Source: an uncultured Pelagibacteraceae bacterium (lineage in GTDB: Bacteria; Pseudomonadota; Alphaproteobacteria; Pelagibacterales; AG-422-B15). From it: 64,000 nt of DNA. Where the stretch lies: positions 17,837 through 81,836 of the forward strand of contig CACCKE010000003.1 of the NCBI GenBank assembly GCA_902546615.1, given 5' to 3'. Within the stretch, counting starts at the first letter, position 1. Every line of letters begins with the position of its first letter. Made by a program: the position numbers and the translations under genes. Below, in pieces: positions 53,616 to 62,330 of this stretch. The notes under the pieces are model-generated. The model saw only the letters and a program-made list of their open reading frames with translations, made no database searches and had not been told where the DNA came from.

Positions 53616-54860
53616 ATGAAACTTAATTTACCAAAAGACTTTATATGGGGTACAGCGACTGCTGCCCATCAAGTAGAGGGAAATAATACAAACTCAGATT
53701 TTTGGCTGCTTGAAAATACAAAAAATACCACATTTGCTGAACCGTCAGGAATTGCTTGTGATCAATTGAATAGATATGAGGAAGATATTAAGCTTATGTC
53801 ATCTCACGCAATACAATCCTATAGACTATCTATTGAATGGGCTCGTATCGAAGAGTCCGAGGGAGAATTTTCAAATGAAGCAATTGATCATTACAAAAAA
53901 GTTTTGGATTGTTGTCATGAAAATAATCTTCAAACGTGCGTCACACTCCAACACTTCACTTCCCCACTTTGGTTTACAGCTAAAGGAGGTTGGGAAAAAA
54001 AAGAAAACGCAGATTTATATGTTAAATATGCTGAATTTGTAACAAAAGAGCTAGGTGACTGTATAGATACGGTTTGTACAATAAATGAGGCAAATCTAAC
54101 TGCATGTTTTGCACACACATTTCCTAGCTACCCTGAACAAGGAATGAAAACTATCATGCCATTTGTTGAAGATGCTGCTAAATCATGCGGGTCAACTCTA
54201 GATAATTTTGGTCCTTTTCTATTTGGCCATCCCTATAAAATACGTGACTGTATGATGGCGGCGCATGTAAAAGCGTTTCCAGTTATCAAAGGTCTACTTA
54301 CAAAAAATCAGCCTGTTGGTATTACACTTTCAATTATGGATTACCAAGCGGCAGAAGGAGGTGAACAATCACGCGACATTGCTCATGCTGAAACAGTGGA
54401 TGTGTGTTTGGATCAAACTAAAGATGACGATTTCATTGGTATTCAAACGTATACACGTCACACCTATGGTCCTGAGGGAATTATGAAACCTAACGTCAAT
54501 GATGAAAATATGCTTGTTATGGGATATGAATATTATCCAGAGTCATTAGAAAATGTATTGAGGTATGTTGCTCCAAAAATAAATTGCCCAATGATTGTGA
54601 CTGAAAATGGGATTGGTACAGATAATGATAATCAAAGAATAAAATATATCACTACAGCATTAAAAGGACTTCAAAGCTGTTTAGATGACGGTTTAGATAT
54701 TCGAGGTTATTACTATTGGTCATTTCTGGACAACTTTGAATGGATATATGGCTACAAACCGCGTTTTGGTTTAATCGAGGTAAATAGAGATACGTTAGAG
54801 AGAAAAAGCAAAGAAAGTCTAAAATTTTACGAGCAAGTTATCAGAAACTCTCAATCCTAA
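53616..54860 (+). CDS. glycoside hydrolase family 1 (beta-glucosidase/galactosidase)
   Basis: FIWGTATAAHQVEG, acid/base region TINEAN, nucleophile region IVTENGIG, and WSFLDNFEW. Confidence 0.85.
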   Translation: MKLNLPKDFIWGTATAAHQVEGNNTNSDFWLLENTKNTTFAEPSGIACDQLNRYEEDIKLMSSHAIQSYRLSIEWARIEESEGEFSNEAIDHYKKVLDCCHENNLQTCVTLQHFTSPLWFTAKGGWEKKENADLYVKYAEFVTKELGDCIDTVCTINEANLTACFAHTFPSYPEQGMKTIMPFVEDAAKSCGSTLDNFGPFLFGHPYKIRDCMMAAHVKAFPVIKGLLTKNQPVGITLSIMDYQAAEGGEQSRDIAHAETVDVCLDQTKDDDFIGIQTYTRHTYGPEGIMKPNVNDENMLVMGYEYYPESLENVLRYVAPKINCPMIVTENGIGTDNDNQRIKYITTALKGLQSCLDDGLDIRGYYYWSFLDNFEWIYGYKPRFGLIEVNRDTLERKSKESLKFYEQVIRNSQS

Positions 54861-55291
54861 ATTTCGTTACTCTCTGCTTGAGTAAGATAACAACCATTAA
54901 TCAGCCATTCACCGTCTTCTTGTTGCTGCATTGAGTAAATTGCAGTTACGAATTCACCTTCAGGATCAACTAAATATACTTCTAGGGAAGGTACTCCATT
55001 TCTAAGTGATATCTTGCCAAAGTTCACACTTTTGGGACGATAAACGGCCTGGTACTGACCTACAACCATTTCACCAAACACTTTTGGACTTGGGAATATT
55101 TTCTTAATAATTGGCGATGCGAAAGAATAAGCTTTTTCGAAATCATCATTTTGAAATGCTTGCAGCTGCTGACTTACAACAGAAATAATCTCTTGTTCGT
55201 CCTCATCAGTAAGTGAAAATGCAGATGTGCTTATTAAAAGGACAACTAAAAATGGAAGTACTAATCCTTTGACAATCTTAGTCGTCAACAT
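54857..55291 (-). CDS. DUF4864-like exported protein
   Basis: Signal peptide. QLQAFQNDDFEKAYSFASP...WLINGC matches the DUF4864 pattern. Confidence 0.55.
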   Translation of the reverse strand: MLTTKIVKGLVLPFLVVLLISTSAFSLTDEDEQEIISVVSQQLQAFQNDDFEKAYSFASPIIKKIFPSPKVFGEMVVGQYQAVYRPKSVNFGKISLRNGVPSLEVYLVDPEGEFVTAIYSMQQQEDGEWLINGCYLTQAESNEI

Positions 55292-55649
55292 CGGCGAATA
55301 TTTTAAGCTTTCTTGCTTTTAATATAAGAACAGCTATGGCAATCAATAAAATGGCACCACCCTCGTAAAGCAACATGCTTGGATCCATAGTTTTGCCCTG
55401 TAAAATTATTAAACGTGCAACAGCAGTAATAGCAATAAACAGCGGTATACTTATTCTAATTCTATTTAGCGTCCAATATTCTCTAATCATTTGTATAACT
55501 TCGAGATAAATAAATAACAAAAGTAAGTCTGCAAGTTCAACGAGATTTTTTTCATACATTGCATATATTTCATAGCCAATAGCTATAACTGTAGCAAAAA
55601 TAATTATTACCAGAGCTATTTTTTCAATGTATTTAATTGTATCTATCAT
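55278..55649 (-). CDS. PsiE-like small membrane protein
   Basis: 123 aa with 4 helices. LLLFIYLEVIQMIREYW resembles the phosphate-starvation-inducible PsiE family. Confidence 0.5.
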   Translation of the reverse strand: MIDTIKYIEKIALVIIIFATVIAIGYEIYAMYEKNLVELADLLLLFIYLEVIQMIREYWTLNRIRISIPLFIAITAVARLIILQGKTMDPSMLLYEGGAILLIAIAVLILKARKLKIFADVDD

Positions 55650-56827
55650 AAAATCTCAAAAAGACCTGCTGCTCCCATTCCGCCACCAACGCACATTGTT
55701 ACAACACCGTATTTAGCGTTTCGTCTCTTACCTTCGATTAAAATATGTCCTGTCATTCTAGAGCCGGTCATACCATATGGGTGTCCAATAGAAATTGATC
55801 CTCCGTTCACATTTAATTTCTCATTATCAATTCCTAGCTTATCTCTACAGTATAATACTTGAACTGCAAATGCTTCGTTCAGTTCCCATATATCGATATC
55901 ATCTACCTTTAAGCCGTGTTGCTCTAAGAGTTTTGGTACAGCAAATACTGGTCCTATACCCATCTCATCGGGCTCACAAGCTGCAACAGAAAGTCCTCTA
56001 AAAATTCCCATAGGTTCAATATTTCTTTTTTCTGCTTCTTTAAGATCCATTAACAAACATGAAGATGCTCCATCTGACAGCTGACTAGCATTGCCCGCAG
56101 TAATATATTTATCAGGTCCCATGACTGGCATTAAACCAGCAAGGCTCTCAAGTGTAGTTTGTGGTCGATTACACTCATCTTTATCAACTGTTACTTCTTG
56201 TTCTGTAACTTCCTTTGTTTCTTTGTTCATTACATCCATTTTTGTCATTAAAGGAACAATCTCGTCTTTAAATTTTCCCGCAGTTTGAGCTGCAGCTGTT
56301 CGTTGTTGACTTTGTAGTGAATACTCGTCTTGGTATTCTCTGCTTACTTTGTATCGATCTGCTACAACATCAGCAGTATTAATCATAGGCATCCATAATG
56401 CTGGACAAATTTTTTGAAGTTCAGGCTCAATAAGGTGTTTCATGTTCATGTTTTGCTGTGTCATTGATATTGACTCTACTCCCCCACCAATAGCTACTTT
56501 AATTCCATCAACAATAATTCTTTGAGCAGCTACCGCTATTGATTGTAAACCTGATGAACAAAAACGATTTATTGTAGTACCTGGCACAGTTACGGGGCAT
56601 CCTCCTGCAATTGCAACATTTCTTCCAATGTTATGACCTGTTGCTCCCTCTGGTTGTCCGCATCCAAAAATTACATCTTCTACTTCACCAGCTTCAACTC
56701 CTGCTCTTTCAATAGCATGATTAACAGTATGGCCACCCATTGTTATGCCGTGAGTTTTGTTAAATCCACCTCTCATAGCTTTTGCTAATCCAGTTCTTGC
56801 AGTTGAAATTATTGCAGCTTCTCTCAT
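55646..56827 (-). CDS. acetyl-CoA C-acyltransferase (thiolase)
   Basis: Nucleophile region NRFCSSGLQ, GHPYGMTG and CVGGGMG. Confidence 0.9.
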   Translation of the reverse strand: MREAAIISTARTGLAKAMRGGFNKTHGITMGGHTVNHAIERAGVEAGEVEDVIFGCGQPEGATGHNIGRNVAIAGGCPVTVPGTTINRFCSSGLQSIAVAAQRIIVDGIKVAIGGGVESISMTQQNMNMKHLIEPELQKICPALWMPMINTADVVADRYKVSREYQDEYSLQSQQRTAAAQTAGKFKDEIVPLMTKMDVMNKETKEVTEQEVTVDKDECNRPQTTLESLAGLMPVMGPDKYITAGNASQLSDGASSCLLMDLKEAEKRNIEPMGIFRGLSVAACEPDEMGIGPVFAVPKLLEQHGLKVDDIDIWELNEAFAVQVLYCRDKLGIDNEKLNVNGGSISIGHPYGMTGSRMTGHILIEGKRRNAKYGVVTMCVGGGMGAAGLFEIL

Positions 56828-57016
56828 ACTATATTGCCCTTATAAATATATAGAAAACCGTAAGATAGACTTTTTATATAAAAAAAAAAGTTTAAATTTA
56901 TTTAAAAAATACATCAAAAATACCCTCAATTTTGGCAAATATTTTTCTTTATTCTGCTTGACCATATCCGAATTGAAGTCTAGAAAGTCGCATTCTTTGA
57001 ATTAGGGAGATTCTCT

Positions 57017-57454
57017 ATGGTCATGTTAAAGACAGAAGTATCAGCACCAAGCTGGGTACCAGAAGGATACAAAAAACTTGGATGGCATGCTGGCTTTGAT
57101 GTCTTAATTGGACCAATGTATTTTAAAAAAGAAGAGAATAACCAATATAAATTCATTACTAAAATTTTGGATAAGCATCTCAATGCTCATGGTATCGCGC
57201 ATGGTGGCTACTCTATGTCATTAGCAGATATTTTCTTAGGATCTATGGTATTTGCTGCGTGTGGAAAAAAACCTTGCAGTACTATTTCACTGAATTGTAA
57301 CTTTGTAAGTCCAGGTCTTCAGGATGATATTGTTGAATGTGATGCTAAGGTTACAAGAACTACGAAATCCCTCGTCTTTATTGAGGGTAATTTGATCTCA
57401 CAAGATAAAATTATTTTGTCTGCTTCAGGTATTTGGAAAATATTAAATCAATAA
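57017..57454 (+). CDS. PaaI-family hotdog thioesterase
   Basis: HGIAHGGYSMSLADI motif. AGGGAG lies 7 nt upstream of the ATG. Confidence 0.7.
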   Translation: MVMLKTEVSAPSWVPEGYKKLGWHAGFDVLIGPMYFKKEENNQYKFITKILDKHLNAHGIAHGGYSMSLADIFLGSMVFAACGKKPCSTISLNCNFVSPGLQDDIVECDAKVTRTTKSLVFIEGNLISQDKIILSASGIWKILNQ

Positions 57455-57981
57455 TAATTTATAAATCGATCAAGGCTGATATAAGTTTTCATATCTTTAA
57501 TCTTATTAGTTTTAAGTAGTCTTCTTACTTCTTGGACTGAATATATTTTTGTCTCTAGAACCTCATCTTCGTCAAAATTTGTTTCACTCTTCTTAGAGCA
57601 ATGAGTTAGATAGCAGTGCACTAAGCAAGTGTTATATGCTGGGGTTGAAAAGTATTTGCCTATCATTTTCCAATTTTTTCCATGATAACCGGTTTCTTCA
57701 ATTAATTCTCTTTTGGCGCAACTTAATGGTCTTTCTCCTGGGTCAATAGTCCCTGCTGGAACTTCAAGCATAATTTGATCTGATCCGTATCGATATTGTT
57801 TGAGCAAAACTATAAATTTCTTATCAATTATTGGAACAATACAAGTTATACCATTGTGTACAATAAGATCCCTAATAGTTTTGTTTCCATTTACCCATTT
57901 AACTTCATCAAAATGTAAATCAAAAACATTCGCTTTAATTTTTTTCTTGGTTTTAATAAATTTTGCTTTTCTTAGAGTCAT
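57448..57981 (-). CDS. NUDIX hydrolase (ADP-ribose pyrophosphatase-like)
   Basis: Nudix box GTIDPGERPLSCAKRELIEETGY. Confidence 0.8.
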   Translation of the reverse strand: MTLRKAKFIKTKKKIKANVFDLHFDEVKWVNGNKTIRDLIVHNGITCIVPIIDKKFIVLLKQYRYGSDQIMLEVPAGTIDPGERPLSCAKRELIEETGYHGKNWKMIGKYFSTPAYNTCLVHCYLTHCSKKSETNFDEDEVLETKIYSVQEVRRLLKTNKIKDMKTYISLDRFINYY

Positions 57982-58478
57982 TTTTGAAAATCTCTCATAT
58001 TAATAAATTCGACTTTTGAATGATGCTGTTCAATCAGATTTATCAGGTCATTCGGAGCTATCGACACTGTTGACGTGTTGATTAAAGGATGAAAATTCAC
58101 AATTTCATACTCCATAAACTCTTGATCAAAGAAAAATTTAACTTTTTTTTCTTTATCGTTCAATAATCCAAATGGAGATACTGATCCGGGTTTGATACCT
58201 AGAATATTCACTAAATAATCTTCATTTGCAAAAGACAATTTTTTGGAGTTTAAAGGTACTGATGCTTTTTTTAAATCAGCAATAATATCCTCAATAAAAC
58301 TTACTAAAAAAAAATTATTTTTTTTATCTTTCAAAAAAAGATTCTTTGAATGCGCTCCTTCAATTGAACCTCGAAGATTTTTAGAGTCTTCGACTGTAAA
58401 CAGCGGTTTATGTTCAGTAATTTTGTAACTAATAGACTTTGAGTCTAATAAATTAATTAATGAAATTTTATCAAACAT
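57978..58478 (-). CDS. YbaK/ProX-like aminoacyl-tRNA editing domain protein
   Basis: 166 aa. HSKNLFLKDKK...PGSVSPFGL is typical of the YbaK/prolyl-tRNA synthetase-associated domain. Confidence 0.65.
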   Translation of the reverse strand: MFDKISLINLLDSKSISYKITEHKPLFTVEDSKNLRGSIEGAHSKNLFLKDKKNNFFLVSFIEDIIADLKKASVPLNSKKLSFANEDYLVNILGIKPGSVSPFGLLNDKEKKVKFFFDQEFMEYEIVNFHPLINTSTVSIAPNDLINLIEQHHSKVEFINMRDFQK

Positions 58479-59347
58479 TAAACAAGAGAACTTAATTTCT
58501 CTTTATATTTTGAGTTGGGCATTTGATCAATAAGAGTTCTAAGTTGTTTCTTTGTAATCCATCCATTTAAATATGAATCCATTTCAATAGACCCAAATAG
58601 CTTTTTTTCCTTTTTTTGATATTTGTGAATATAGTTTGAGGCTTCAAACATTTCTTCTGCATCACCAGTATCAAACCACTGAACATCATTTTTTAATGCA
58701 AAAACTTTTAAGAGATTCTTTCTAAGATAAGATTGATGCACATCAACTATTTCCAATTCTTTTCTTTTAGAGGGCTTTAAATTCTTAACAATTGATATGG
58801 AGTCTTTATCATAAAAATAAAGACCAGGTATTGTAAGATTACTCTTTGGCTTTTTTGGTTTCTCAATAATTGATTTTATATTTTTTTCTCTATCATATTC
58901 AATAACAGCTGATTTGTGTGGATATTTCGTTTTTACGGCTAAAACAGCAGCTCCATCCTTGAGCGACTGAACTTTTTTTAAAGTTGATATGAAGCTCTTA
59001 CCAACAAATAAATTATCAGCTAAGGCTAAAACAAATGGTTTTTTATTAATAAATTTTTTGGCAATATTAACTGCATCAGGAATTCCAACTTGTTTTTTTT
59101 GAAATGTGTAACTGAATTTCATGCCAAGCTGTTTTCCCGAGCCAAATAGTTTTCTAAATTCTGGTATATCTTTCTTTTGAGATATAAATAGTACCTCGCG
59201 AACACCAGCCTTAATTAAGTTTGATAGCGCGTAATAAAGTAAAGGTTTATCGTATAAAGGCAGAAGAGGCTTCACTATTACTTTTGTTGCAGGCGAAAGT
59301 CGAGTTCCCTTGCCGGCAGCGAGAATAATGCCTTTTTTAAATCTCAT
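58478..59347 (-). CDS. sugar-phosphate nucleotidyltransferase (RmlA/glucose-1-phosphate thymidylyltransferase-like)
   Basis: GIILAAGKGTRLSPAT...KPLLPLYDKPLLYYALSNLIKAGVREVLFIS. Confidence 0.75.
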   Translation of the reverse strand: MRFKKGIILAAGKGTRLSPATKVIVKPLLPLYDKPLLYYALSNLIKAGVREVLFISQKKDIPEFRKLFGSGKQLGMKFSYTFQKKQVGIPDAVNIAKKFINKKPFVLALADNLFVGKSFISTLKKVQSLKDGAAVLAVKTKYPHKSAVIEYDREKNIKSIIEKPKKPKSNLTIPGLYFYDKDSISIVKNLKPSKRKELEIVDVHQSYLRKNLLKVFALKNDVQWFDTGDAEEMFEASNYIHKYQKKEKKLFGSIEMDSYLNGWITKKQLRTLIDQMPNSKYKEKLSSLV

Positions 59348-59370
59348 TAAAATTTAATTTATTAAAAATA

Positions 59371-60222
59371 CTATTTACTTGATTTGTGTTTCAAGAAATT
59401 TTTATCTCTTAAATTTCTATACTCTGGCTTTTTCTTTTGCATTTTTGACATCATTGTAGTCATTACATCTTCTTTATGGAGCGTAGCTGCATTCCAAAGC
59501 GCTACATTATCTAGTCCTTCTTTAACAGAGTGATCTCTTGAATAATTGAGAACTTCTTTTGTAACCCACATCGCAAGTGGTGTTTTTGATGCTAATTTTT
59601 CAGCCATTTCAAAAGCACTATCAATCATTTCTTCATGACTCTCATGCAAAGAGCTCACAAGGCCTACTTCTTTTGCTCTTTCAGCAGATATCTTTTCTCC
59701 CATCATAGTCCACTCACGCGCTATACCAGCAGGTATAATTTTAGGTAATCTTTGTATAGTTCCAATATCTGCTGCCAAACCTACATTTATTTCTTCAATT
59801 AAAAAAAATGCATCTTTTGTACAAAGTCTTATATCAGCGGCAGTGATTAAATCGATACCTCCACCAATACAACCTCCTTGGACAGCGGCAACAACAGGAA
59901 ATCTCGCATCCTCCAAACATGAAGCAGCACGTTGCAGAAACTTTAACTGTTGAACAAAATACCCCCTACTTCTGCCAAGCTCTTGGTTTGTTTCGTGTTC
60001 AACAACATCATCTTTAAACATGCTAAGGTCTATCCCAGCAGAAAAGTGTGGTCCCGTGGAAGATACAATTAAAGCTCTAATCTCACCACTGTCATCTAGC
60101 TCTTCAACTTCCTTTGGAAATAATCTCCAGAAATCCTCGTTCATTGAATTTCTTTTTTCAGGCCTATTGAACCTGATATGAGCAATTGAATTATTTATTT
60201 CAACATCAAAGGGTTTTGGCAT
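59371..60222 (-). CDS. enoyl-CoA hydratase/isomerase family protein
   Basis: Crotonase fold: RPEKRNSM, FSAGIDL, VAAVQGGCIGGGIDL. Confidence 0.85.
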   Translation of the reverse strand: MPKPFDVEINNSIAHIRFNRPEKRNSMNEDFWRLFPKEVEELDDSGEIRALIVSSTGPHFSAGIDLSMFKDDVVEHETNQELGRSRGYFVQQLKFLQRAASCLEDARFPVVAAVQGGCIGGGIDLITAADIRLCTKDAFFLIEEINVGLAADIGTIQRLPKIIPAGIAREWTMMGEKISAERAKEVGLVSSLHESHEEMIDSAFEMAEKLASKTPLAMWVTKEVLNYSRDHSVKEGLDNVALWNAATLHKEDVMTTMMSKMQKKKPEYRNLRDKNFLKHKSSK

Positions 60223-60297
60223 GTTTTTTTCCTCGCTTTAGATAAGTGATTTATATAAAGTATATATACATTTAAAAATTAGAGAAATACATAAAAA

Positions 60298-61146
60298 ATG
60301 GCTATTAATTACGAAGAAATAATGTCCATGACTTCAGAAAACATTGAAGTTTCCTATAATGATAAAGATTCAATTCTCTATAGTTTAGGTGTCGGTCTTG
60401 GAAATGATCCAATGAATTTAGATGAATTGAAGTATGTCTACGAAAATTCACAAATTGCATTACCGTCAATGGCCACTAATTTTCAATATCACTCGCCCTT
60501 ACTGCTGAAAACCAATATAAATTTTATTATGGTTGTTCATGGTGAACAGAGATTATCAGTAACTAATCCTTTACCTGTCTCAGGTGATTTTATTACCAAC
60601 GCAAAAGTAATAGGTTGTTATGATAAAGGTCCTGGCAAGGGTGCAGTTATTGAGGTTGAAACAACTGTAAATCTTAAAAAAGATAATACAGAAATCTGCA
60701 AACTTGTTAGTACAACATTCGCAAGGGGGGATGGCGGCTTTGGTGGACCTGAATCTCCAAAAAAAGAATTAGTAAGGCCTGAAGGTAAACCAGATTATGT
60801 GCACGAAATTAATACTAAACCTGATCAAGCATTAATTTTTAGGCTTGCAGGCGATTATAACCCATTGCATTCTGATCCAAATTTTGCAAAGTCTGCTGGT
60901 TTCGAAAGACCAATTCTACACGGTATGTGCACTTACGGAATTGCATGCAGATCAATTATTGAAAGTGTATGCGATAAAGATGTAAAAAAACTCAAAAGAT
61001 TTGATTGTCGTTTTTCATCACCTGTATATCCCGGAGAAACAATAGTTACAGAAATGTGGAAAGATGGTAATAATGTCTATTATCAATCCAAAGTAAAAGA
61101 ACGTGATAAAATAGTAATTAAAAATGGAGTGAGTGAAATAATATGA
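60298..61146 (+). CDS. MaoC-like (R)-specific enoyl-CoA hydratase, double hotdog
   Basis: YRLAGDYNPLHSDPNFAKSAGFERPILHGM hydratase-2 motif in the C-terminal half. Confidence 0.8.
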   Translation: MAINYEEIMSMTSENIEVSYNDKDSILYSLGVGLGNDPMNLDELKYVYENSQIALPSMATNFQYHSPLLLKTNINFIMVVHGEQRLSVTNPLPVSGDFITNAKVIGCYDKGPGKGAVIEVETTVNLKKDNTEICKLVSTTFARGDGGFGGPESPKKELVRPEGKPDYVHEINTKPDQALIFRLAGDYNPLHSDPNFAKSAGFERPILHGMCTYGIACRSIIESVCDKDVKKLKRFDCRFSSPVYPGETIVTEMWKDGNNVYYQSKVKERDKIVIKNGVSEII

Positions 61147-62330
61147 TACCGAAAGTTGGAATTTCTGAGGGTAAAGAACCTCTTTTTTACAATGAGTCTC
61201 ATCATGCATGGAGAGAAGAAGTTAGAAAATTTGTTTCAAAGGAAATAGCTCCTTTTGTCGAAGAATGGGAAGAAGCTGGTGAGTTTCCAAGAGAACTCTA
61301 TAAAAAAGCCGCTGATGTAGGTCTAATGGGAATGGGCTATGATGAAAAGTATGGCGGTACAACTGAGGGTATTGATATATTTCACGGTATCGTAACAGCT
61401 GAGGAATTCGCCCATGGATGTGGAGGTGTTTCAGCAAGTCTTTTATCACACAATATTGCAATACCATTGATACAATCTTTGGGTACAGAAGAGCAAAAAG
61501 AGAAATTTATTCCTCCAGTTGTAAGGGGTGAGAAGATAGCAGCTCTTGCAATGACAGAGCCTTCAGGAGGATCGGATGTTGCTAGTTTAAAAACTAAAGC
61601 AGTTAGAAAAGGCGACCATTTCATTGTTAATGGCTCAAAAATGTTCATTACAAGTGGAATGCGTGCTGATACATATGTAGTTGGTGTAAGAACTGGCGGA
61701 GAAGGTGCTACAGGAATATCAGTTCTGGTTATTGAAAAGGATACACCCGGTTTCACGCAAACACCTCTCAAAAAAATGGGATGGCTTAGCTCCGATACAG
61801 CTGTACTTTATTTTGATGATTGTAAAGTGCCTGTAGAAAATTTGATTGGTGGAGAAAACAGTGGCTGGATTGGCGTAATGAGCAACTTCAGTCAAGAAAG
61901 ACTCGGTATGGCAGCTGGTATGAATGCATATTCTCAAATTTGTATTGATGAAGCAGTAGCTTGGGCAAAAGAGCGTAAAACATTTGGCAAGCCATTGATT
62001 GATAATCAAGTGATAAAACATAAACTCGTTGATATGAACAGAGCAGTTAAAACATCAAGGGCTTGGACCGAATTGCTGTCTTGGAGAGTAATGAATGGCG
62101 AAAGTCCTATTGCAGACTTGGCAATGCTAAAAGTACATGCAAGTAAAGCAATGGAACTATGTGCAAGAGAAGCAATGCAAATACTTGGTGGAGCAGGATA
62201 TCTTCGAGCTAATAGCGGACCTGGAAAAGTTGAGAGAATTTATAGAGAAGTAAGGGTTAATGCAATTGGCGGTGGATCAGAAGAAATAATGTACGATTTA
62301 GCTGCAAGACAACTGGGATATAAATCTTAA
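61143..62330 (+). CDS. acyl-CoA dehydrogenase
   Basis: 395 aa. AMTEPSGGSDVAS and GGAGY..E...ERIYREVRV..IGGGSEEI. ATGA overlap with the MaoC-like gene. Confidence 0.9.
   Translation: MIPKVGISEGKEPLFYNESHHAWREEVRKFVSKEIAPFVEEWEEAGEFPRELYKKAADVGLMGMGYDEKYGGTTEGIDIFHGIVTAEEFAHGCGGVSASLLSHNIAIPLIQSLGTEEQKEKFIPPVVRGEKIAALAMTEPSGGSDVASLKTKAVRKGDHFIVNGSKMFITSGMRADTYVVGVRTGGEGATGISVLVIEKDTPGFTQTPLKKMGWLSSDTAVLYFDDCKVPVENLIGGENSGWIGVMSNFSQERLGMAAGMNAYSQICIDEAVAWAKERKTFGKPLIDNQVIKHKLVDMNRAVKTSRAWTELLSWRVMNGESPIADLAMLKVHASKAMELCAREAMQILGGAGYLRANSGPGKVERIYREVRVNAIGGGSEEIMYDLAARQLGYKS

Noticed and set aside
56757-57183. ORFs 56757..57005(+) and 56980..57183(-) in and around the thiolase/thioesterase spacer
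   Set aside because: They overlap better-supported genes or lie in a divergent promoter region. Their composition is low-complexity AT-rich.
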